A DNA stretch of 64,000 nucleotides from Phallusia mammillata (lineage: Eukaryota), in assembly GCA_965637545.1 (NCBI GenBank), contig OZ281497.1, positions 10,602,001-10,666,000 of the forward strand, in the 5' to 3' direction. The position numbers were made by a program, and so were the translations under genes. Below are positions 50,701 through 60,500 of this stretch, in pieces (the first letter of the stretch is position 1; every line of letters starts with the position of its first letter). Under the pieces are notes generated by a model. It searched no databases. It was not told where the DNA came from and was given only the letters and a program-made list of their open reading frames with translations.

Positions 50701-52253
50701 GAGTGTGTCTGTTTGTATTTTTCAATGTTTCTTTTAATTTGTTCCTTTATAAGGAGCTCCTGTGACGTTTGTACTGAGCAAAGCCTGCAACCTTTCAACC
50801 TGGGTGTGACAACGATTTGTTTTGCATTGAAGCAGATTGCGGATCGTGACTCCTATGATTAGAATTACGTTAAGATTTTTATCGCCTAAACAGTGTGCCA
50901 GTTTTCGAATCTCTTTTTGCACAGTACAGATACGAGAATTAGTAACATTTGAAACGCTTCAATGCTATGTTATTTTTCAAAAAGTCGTCGATCGTTTACC
51001 TCAATACGTAATCACTTACGACGTCACGTTTAGTTTACAAATGGGCTTTGTTCGTTAGCGAAATAGGTAACAGTGTAACGTTGTTTTTAAACGTAAAAAA
51101 ACACACCAACATTAGTCATCAAAAGTTAATTCCGGTTGTAATCCGCAACGAAACCCTTCGCTGGTTAATAAAGGTTTAAATCTCCGCCCCATCTACAAAG
51201 CGGGTGATGACGCAGTGTACAATATCGCTATTTTAAGCGCAATCTGTAATCCTGACAGATAAACGACAGGTTGCCTCGGTGTACAACCGGCGTCAATGTT
51301 TCTGCACGTGCTCACCTGTGCATAATTGCTGCCTCCTGGGACGTGAAACTTCGATAAACGACCTCACAGTTCATTGTGATAGAACCTACTCAATTGGAGC
51401 ATTCTTATTTCACAACACGCACGTCTGTGCATTTCCGTTGCAGTCAGATTTATATCGACGTAAAACATCACTTTCTCGCCCGCAACAGCCGATTTCGTGT
51501 TCAAACCAATAATTGCCTTTACCGCGAGAGAATACTGTGCTCATAAAGCAATTAAAGAGCCACCAAGAACAGTCTTGACATGATTAGGTGTTGTTTTGTA
51601 ACAGAACATCAGCTTCGTGAGAAAAATATCTCCTATCTGTGTAATTTCATGACCCAAACCGTAATTTTGCACTCTGAAGTATGAATAGCGCCAAAATCTC
51701 GACGTAAAAATGCCATAGGTGTTTTGATGTTCGAAATATTTGGATCGCAAATTGTTGTTTTGAAAACGGTGGTCAGCAAGGAAAGGAATTTATGTCCTAT
51801 GATAGTTAGAACTCTGTTGTCTCCATTTTAGTGCTAAATTTGGTTCAAACAGTAATTATACAAAAGCGCCGTTTCTTAGTTTTGTGTTTTTTTTTTGTGA
51901 CTTAAATATTTCGGAATGCAGCGTTCGCATTAACCTTGCGAAATTTGTTGGGTATGACTCCGAGTTAATTTGGAATCGAAAGTTTAAAACTAAAATGGAA
52001 TCGATTTACGCAATGGATAAATGCCGAGGTAGCTCGACATTTTGCATTTCGTTGATTGACATTTAAACAAAAACAAACGTGCCGTGCGTGAAGAACCCAC
52101 AGAACTTTCGGGAAGGTTACAATCCTCGCTGTCCCCAAACAGCAGAAAAAGCGTAAATATTTGTGCCAAGTAGCTAAATCGACGAATGTCAGTGAAAATG
52201 AACATGGACTGTTTTGGTGACCGCAGACAAGTTAAGCTGCGTGTTTACGTGAC

Positions 52254-52285
52254 AAAACGTGCAAAAACGTGCAAAAACGTGCAAA
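52254..52285. repeat. 10-bp tandem repeat (aaaacgtgca) x3
   Basis: Read directly from the sequence. Confidence 0.8.
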
Positions 52286-54187
52286 CCGACTTTACGAGTG
52301 CATAACCACACGGCAATGTGAGATCCCCGAGTCCTAGGCGCCAACGACACGTCCCAGACCGCTGGTGTGCATTTCTCTGGTGGGCTTAGCCGACAAAGGG
52401 AGAGACGATCCGCAATGCGATTGTGGCGTGTCGTTGTCCTTCTGAACGTTGCGCTAATGAGTACAGCCAGCATGCATCGCATTTGGTTCAGTTTTACTGG
52501 CGCCCAAATAACTTCAAGTAGCTGCAAAGGACTCATTTTTCTCCCAAGAATCCGGAAATTCGTTTCGGTTTCACGTTTTTGTTCTGATTGCTCATCGGGA
52601 CTGAATTACGTACGCTCGGAGTTATTTGTAGATTGCCGAGTTCAACTGTGTACTAGAACACGATGACCACGTGGGAACTGCAACTCTAGACTTGTCCGAC
52701 TCGTGACGTCAACACAACGTAACATCATGTAGCACAGTGATGACGAATTTGTGTGGACATATGATTTCAATCACATTACACATGTGCAACTTTCATTACA
52801 AATGAATGATTCAACAAATACGATGCGAAACACAAAATTTTCAAAAAATCTGTACCTTTAAAGTTATTAAGATTGTTCACATTTTGCTGTTTTAGTGGAA
52901 ACGCTGGGTTAATTAATAAAACAGCTTCGTTAATATAACAAACGTACTTCCGAAAAATCTGCGTTTATGAGATAAATACTCTTGCATTCACACACAAACC
53001 AAACATTTAAAATATAAAAAATCGAAATTAACATGCGTTATATTTGGTTGAAACATTACAAAGTTAAACTTGGGGTTAGAATAAAGTTAATAGGAGGATT
53101 ACTAGTCCCTATTTTCAAACGAACCCTTCGTTAACGTCAATGCAGCCCGCAATGGTATATCCAGTGATTTGTAATGTTTCCACTTGTCGAGGCAACGCGA
53201 AAAAAAGGCGGCTCGCCTTATAAACCCAACGAACCTAGGCTTTAACATCAGTAATCGACTGGCGGTCTCTAAACGCAAGGAGATCTCAGGGCTGATAGCC
53301 TGTGTTCTCTTATAAGAAAGTTTTTAAAACTTGCGTTGATGTTGCAGACTTTGTGATTGGATTTAATCGTTAAAATTATAGCACACGAAAATTGTTGTAG
53401 ATTATAGTCAAGGTACAACTGATCAAAGGATCAGGAAAAATTCCGGGATTTGCCGAAAACATGTGTTAGTGATTGGGCAGAATCGCCCGTAGTGTACTCG
53501 ATGTATCGGCTCATTGCCTTAAAGCTTGAAAAAAGCTTTTCGAGTAAACAAATTGAATCGTGACCGAAAACTGAAAGGCGATTTCCCGCATGAAACTTAT
53601 TTTCGGAAATAAAAATAAAGATTGCCCATTGTCAGAGGCGGATCTGTTTTCAGTCAGCCAAACGCTTGAACACTAGAAATAATACCGGGTGTTGACTTAG
53701 ACGCAGGCTCTGTTGATACGCTTGAGGAAGACCGGTGCTTGTGAGCGGCATCTAAGCCGCCGCCGCTGCAGTTGTTGATACTCGCTTAGTGGTCTGTGAA
53801 GGAGTGTGTACAAGTTTCGTTCAGACGATGCGAAGAGAAGCATCAAGCTGATCCCGCAAGATTTGGCCTAGGCGCTCTGGGCGATGAGATTATTATGACC
53901 GCTTTTATTCGTTTGAGCAATACGGCGAGCACAGAGCACACCTTGTCAGCAAAGCGCGACGGTCCGAATGGGGGTTCGGAAGCGCGCGAATGTTACGCTA
54001 GAGCTGAGTTCAAGAATAGATCATGACAACATAGGATGAACAGCACCCAGCAGACTCCTTGAAAAGCGTTCATTGTTATGTGCTTGGCTTCCGGCCTAGC
54101 TTGAGCGAAACGATCGATTTGACCTTGACGGCTCGATTTACCTAGATCGTTTTCATCTTAACCATAATGTTTTCTTTTTTATCGCAG

Positions 54188-54542
54188 ACGCATAAGCGAC
54201 ATACAATAACGAACAAATAAGCGTCTATATTTGTGAAGACTGTCAAAACAAAAAATACGACAGCCTAAAGAAGACGAAAAAACGACGTGTAAATCCTATT
54301 TATTGGAATTAAGAGAGGCTCTGAAACATTAAAGCACGTCGAGATTTTGCCAAGTTTACGGAACCTGTCGCACTGACGGCGTTGGGCAAGTTTCAAGCAT
54401 CGTCAAGATAAGATCGATTGGTCGGCAGGGCGCCGAACAAAGAAGCAACTGTTGTCGGGCGTCTCGAAGCTACGGCACACGTTTTTGTCCTTTATTTTTA
54501 TTTATCGCTATTTAATCCACACTCACATCGCCTTATTTATCA
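54188..54542 (+). other. ADAMTS 5' UTR portion of the first coding exon, preceded by a strong splice acceptor (cis or SL trans-splice)
   Basis: Branch-like cttaac at ~54157 and tgttttcttttttatcgcag acceptor (AG 54186-54187). No ATG in the 355 nt before the signal-peptide ATG at 54543. Confidence 0.65.
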
Positions 54543-57500
54543 ATGGCTCTTGGGAGACATCGACTCGTTTGCGCCACATTGGCCGCATTTTACTTCTCAT
54601 TTCTGGCAGATGCCACCACGATGGAACGACGACACGGTAAGTGAATGTCGCTGTACTAAAACTGTAAACGCTTTTACAATAATTAGCAACTAAATCTTGA
54701 AAGATGTCTGCTATACACAAGGCACAATTTGAAGTAACCGTGTAAACAGACAATCGCACACACCCACCTGTCAGCGGAACACAATAAAAGTGATTTGCGC
54801 CAAGCGGTTTAGCCAGATTTTTTATGGGTTCTTGTCGTTGACGCATTCACTACGAACCTTCACGTTGATTTCTTATATCGTGCGCTTCTTGGCGATAAAT
54901 TTGTTATTTCCTATAGGATGGCAAAACGATTTATTGTGGCAATGTACTGCTACATGAATTGTCCACAGCGCAGCTGTCATTCTGTCTCGATTTTCCCGAA
55001 CACAGAAACCGTACAGCTTGTACCGATCGAGTAGGCTTCGTCAATATTTATTCAAACGACTTGTGACTTGATTTAACATGCTCGCTTCGGCTCTGCATGT
55101 TTCTTTCCTTACTTCAGCTCTTTCGAGGGTTGGGCGATTTTACGGCGCACCAGGGTATTTTTCCTACTTGCCGATAGTTCCGCAAATGCCTCCTTGGCAA
55201 TTGAAACTTTTTTACACCTTTTTTTGTTATGTTTACAATATAATGTAAATAGTCACTAGTCACTTTGTTAATGTTTAAACTTTAAACTACCGATTTCACC
55301 AATCGCTTTGCGTTAATTAAGAACAAAATTTTAACATTAAACATTCACGTGATTAGGTTGTACAAGAGATTATCGCGTTTGTGTGTAGATCGGCGACAAT
55401 TAACAAACTATTTTGGTACCTTTGATAAACATCGTGTATAAACAACCTCCACTGAGCACCAATGCGGCGCGTTTAATCCATTGTGCGGCTTAGCTACCGT
55501 TGTAGGCTGTACAATTGTGTTCGTGCTTTCCAATGGCCTTATCAAGATGCCCGTGAATAGCCTTGTGTAAATTTTAACTTCCTTTAGGCCGACTTTCGTC
55601 ACGCACTGTAGAAATTAAAGTGCTTGATCGGATTAGTTATGACAAATTTTGCTCCATGTGCGATTTTCAATGGGAATTAGTTGCAGTTGTCTGTTCGCAT
55701 TTCCACCTCTGAACCCATGATTTATGTTAAGGCGGTGTTAAGTCAAAGTCGAATAATCCCCAAGTAATTGCATCATTACCTTTTACCGGAACTAATTCCG
55801 TCCCCCTTTTTTGTGTTTCTTATGGGAATTTAACACCGGAGCAGAAAAGTTTGTGAAAACCCTCGAAGTGCTGGGCGCCGGCGGGAATTTCGAAACAGTA
55901 GTCACCGTCACACCAACGCGCGTCACCAGGTCTGGAGACTTCCTCGAATACGCTTCACTCTCGCCACTTTCCATCCACGAGGGAGCGAAAAAACTGCGGC
56001 GTCGGCGGAGTTTGGACGCCCGAGATGTCCGGGAAGAGTTGGACGCAGCATCGGCCACAGCCGAGGGCGACCACGAAGTGTTTTTCGATTTGGGAGACGC
56101 GCCCGGTACACCACTATCTGGCGCAAGACTCCACCTAAAGAGAAACTATAAGTTGGTTTCGAGAAACTTTTTGGTCGAGGAGCGGTCACGGGGTGGAAAG
56201 ATTGTGGGCAGACACAGCCTTGTGGAGGATTGTCATTACAAGGGTGTGATCCACAATCACGACAGCTTCTCAAAAGTAGCCCTGAGTCTTTGCAATGGCC
56301 TGGTAAGTGGTCCACACTTGACATGTTCTTGCGATGAATGCGTACATATATTTATGCGAATTTTCGATCTACAGCAAGGTGTGATCGTCCGCGATGACGA
56401 CACGTTTTTTATCGAGCCAGCGTGGAATCACACAACGACAAACTCATCGAACGGTGACACCCAATCTGAGGGCGGGCATCCCCACGTAATCTTAAAGCGC
56501 TCTGTCCTAGAGCACTTAAAAGAACGACGAGAAAACGAAGACGACTTGGGACACTGCGGATATTCAGGTGAGGAGAGATTTAAATAAAGAAACTTCGTAA
56601 AAGTCTTGTAGAAACCCTAAATCATGATTTTGTACAGACAAAGTTGCTGGAGAGACACCGTGGTGGAAAATTGATCCGCGTGAGCCAACCAAGAAGAATG
56701 AAAAACAAGACGAGGAAGATACGTCGTCGCAAAAACATCACCATCATCGTCACGCCAACCACCGCACAAGCGCTGGCCGCTCCGCTGCGGAAGAGGAGGA
56801 GGTTGATGCTTCCGAACCGGACATGGAAAAGAGCAGGAGACGACGATCCGTGAGCGTGGAACGTCACGTGGAAGTTATGGTTGTTGCCGACAAGATGATG
56901 GTTGGATTTCACGGACGCAAGGATGTAGAGAAATACATTCTAACCATCATGAACATTGTAAGTGGACACATAACATACACTCTTTTTTAAAAAGAGCATT
57001 GTATAAATCGTGTGTTATCTTTTCACCAGGTCAGCAACCTGTATCATGACTCGAGTATTGGCAACGCGGTGAACATTGTCGTCACAAGGGTCGTTCTGTT
57101 GACAGAAGACCAGGTAAGCAAAAATCACGTGATATTGCTTCACTCAAAGCGGTGTTGTTCCGTGTCTATAAGGGCACCCAAAAACAATGCATGTCCGTAT
57201 GTGGCTGTACACTGTCGTCTATTGTCTTCGAAAGAGAAACGAACGGTGTTAAGGGCGATGCGGGTGTTCCTCGGCATTTGTACCACACGATAAGGGGGCT
57301 ATAAGACGCGAGCCACGACGATAACACGAACACACAAACCACAATGGAGGGTAAGGCGATACCTAGAGCAGTAGCCAACATTGAGTGGAGCCGCTACTAC
57401 AGGCCTGAGCTATCATTAGCGCTGATAAGAGACCGACTTAGACAAACTAATTGTTCTCTGATGGTTTGTTTTTGCCTTGTTTGCCCTCTCTGTTTACCGG

Positions 57501-60500
57501 CACGTTAAAATTCCCAGGGCATAGCAAGCATTCCGTCGCGAGCGCAATGATGTCCCTTCGTGACGTCAGGTGGAACGCGCGACCCAAAGAAAAGGTCGTT
57601 CAGGCGATTTTTGCAACAAACATCTCGTGCGTTGGGCTCGCAAATAATTTTTTACAAAGCCAGATCGCTATAGTTGTTGCCAAACACACGAAGGAAGTGA
57701 GTCACGGCGAAATAAAACTTCCTGCGTATATCCATATAAGATCACGCCGGTCTTTAGCAGAAAACGAATGCGCCCTGAACTTTGTTGACTGTGCGAGATT
57801 GCTATGATTTATCATACGAGTCACGAAATATCCATGTATTTTTGCTTGAGGCTCGCCAAGCACCATTGACTGCTAACGGCGATTTTAGGTGTTTCACACG
57901 CAATGGTTTGAGAAACTTAAGGAATTGTTTGTCCCGCATGTTTACAGCGATTTGCTCGTATCGTCAGGCGCGATACGAAATCGGTACCAGGAATAGGTGA
58001 CTTCCAGTAAAGGCCGCATTTAATCGACTGAACGTGAGACGGATTAAGGCTTTCTTGTGATCGCCGTACATAAACATAAGTCAGCTTGCGGCATCGTGTG
58101 GCCTGCATCATTTTGACCATGTTTGGTGCAGCGCAATGTCCACAGGGTGTGCCAGGCAATCCAGTGGTTTCATTGAGAAACGTTGTAGGCAACGATAACA
58201 GCTTCAATCGCAAGGCGATAAAACTTGCAAGCATCTGTTTGTAGCGCTCTTAACGACACTGATCTACACCACCGCGCAATGGGGCATGCATGCCGCGGTC
58301 CATTAAGGTCCATATAGCCAACATGCCACCTTGCAACATCGCCCTAACGTTAAGGTTTGGATAAAACACTTTGCAATCTATAGCGATGTGATAAGGTATC
58401 TTATTTGTTGCGACTGTTCGGGTCTGTTCCCACGTGGTCGCCACGTTCGCACAGGACCAACTACGCAAACCGGCGTGTCACATTTCAATTGCTGCGTGTC
58501 GAGTTCACAGCAAGGTCGAGGGGCAGTGCCACTCATACAGGCACGCCTTGCATTTACCGCCTTTAGACTGGCAAATGGCGTATATCAAATGCATGCGGGC
58601 GGCAGTGATTTCTCCAGGTGACAGTAGTCGAAGTCGCGAATAGGAGCCAAGGAAAACCATCAGAAGATCGACAGGCCCACTTCAAAGTTCCCTTGCCCTT
58701 TTGAAAGCGCAGTGCCTGGTCCTCAAGAGACTCGCGCTGCTTTCTCGCTATGGAAGCTATTTTCCCACGCTCGTAAATAAACGTGCCGTTTTACAAATTC
58801 CATTTCGAAACCAATGGGTCCCCTAAAGTCAGTTTTAAACTGTTTCCTTGAGTAGTACTAACCGATGTTTTGTTAATTGCAGCCTGGATTGGAGATAAAC
58901 CATCACGCAGATCAATCCTTAAACAGTTTCTGCAGATGGCAATCCGACATCAACGTCAATGAATCCACAGGCTCATCCGATTTTGGCCTTGCTCATCATG
59001 ACAACGCTATTCTGATTACAGGGTAAGTTATTAGTTCATTATTTTTTTTGCCACACATTCATATTTGCCAGACCTGTTGCAACATTTACGAAAAAAGGTT
59101 TGTGTTTGTGGGATTTGATTGCGCTTGATCAACGTGTTGTGTATGCACAACAGGCTTTAATGAGACCCCGCCGGCTGTTATTGCCCCTTGGGGTGTTTGC
59201 ATTTGATAACAGTCAACTCGTTTATTGTCATAACCTTGGACCCGCTTTCGCTATGTCGACACAATTGTTTGCAAACCGTCTGTCGCCTTCGCTACTGCAC
59301 AAATTAAGAAATAGCCTTTTTAGCAACAGTTCAATGTACCACTCTCCGTGGGAGCGCAGGTGCAGGAAAAAGCTAAAGTAACTAAAGCGTCACCTAAGCT
59401 TGGGTGACGTGATGGTCTATATTGAGCCTCGCACTGTCTTAACAATCCGAAGCGACTGTAGCATATCAGGCGTGACCACACGGACCCCAGGCTTCAACCC
59501 TTGATTTTAGCACTTCCATTCAAAATTTGTCTCTCAGGATTGGAAACGAAACACTCTAAAGAGTGGGTTTCGTGAGAACCAGGTTACGGGTCGTTGGTCA
59601 TCTGTAGGGACGCCGGTTGACGTCATAGGACAACCGTGACAGGCAACGTGCCGGTCGTCAAGCTCGATTGCCTTTGTCGATGCTTGATCTGTGTGTGATA
59701 GCAGCCAAAATAGAAGCCTTGCGTTTTATTTACTTTTTCCGTACCACTGAGATCACTTATAGCGGGTTGCCTGCAATTTGAGCGCCCCGGTCGGCTTAGA
59801 ATCTTTGCACCAACGCCTTTAGACTTGCTCATGTGCCCTGTAATCATCGCTTTGATGGCAAGGTGCGGAATATCGCATCTTGGCAGGACGACAATGGCGA
59901 TCACTGTGCGCATCAAAACGAAGCAAATTCTCCATATCCGGCTGTAGATCCTGCTGGTGATACCTCACACCATGTGAGGATTAGGAACGTTGTTATAAAT
60001 GTGCGCCCTGTCTATTTCACAAACCGTGTACAGCTGTTTATCAAAAACACTATAATGTATCCCAGTTTCGCCTCTGTAGTTGAATTCCAGTCCACAACCA
60101 GTAACAGCCAGAAGAATTTTTAAAATTTTAAGCATTTGTTGCGGTGGCCTCCTTAAAAAATTCAGGCTAGAGCGCGAATGTCTCAGTATGCTATGAATTC
60201 CGACCGAGTTTCCTTCAGGCCACTTCAATATCATGAGGCGCCTGTTTCCCATCAAAAATGACGGATGTTGATCACTGGTTCACTAAGTATTATAAGAATT
60301 TCACAAGAAACCTTTACGAAAGCCACGGATTGATGTATATTTATTTTAACCACACCATAGAATAAATGTACTCACTTCTGGAAAATAGGAGGTTAAGTTC
60401 GTTTCAGGATCCAAAACAAACCCGCCCCCTCTGGACTATAATACCGTGTTTGGCATCGCACACAGAAGCCTTGTAGATCAAAGGGCCCGAATGTTCAAGT

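Noticed and set aside
6000-54000. The many 60-170 aa ORFs in the supplied track
   Set aside because: Mostly alternative-start ORFs with no recognisable domains, often overlapping on both strands; consistent with chance ORFs in GC-richer islands, apart from the relics listed.
55097-55154. [19 protein letters not shown] as the ADAMTS first coding exon
   Set aside because: ATG 54543 gives a much better signal peptide with the correct phase-1 donor GTAAGT; the hydrophobic residues here come from a pyrimidine tract.
55811-56587. 258-aa ORF as a single-exon gene
   Set aside because: It is two ADAMTS prodomain exons joined through a 72-nt in-frame intron, with intronic ends.
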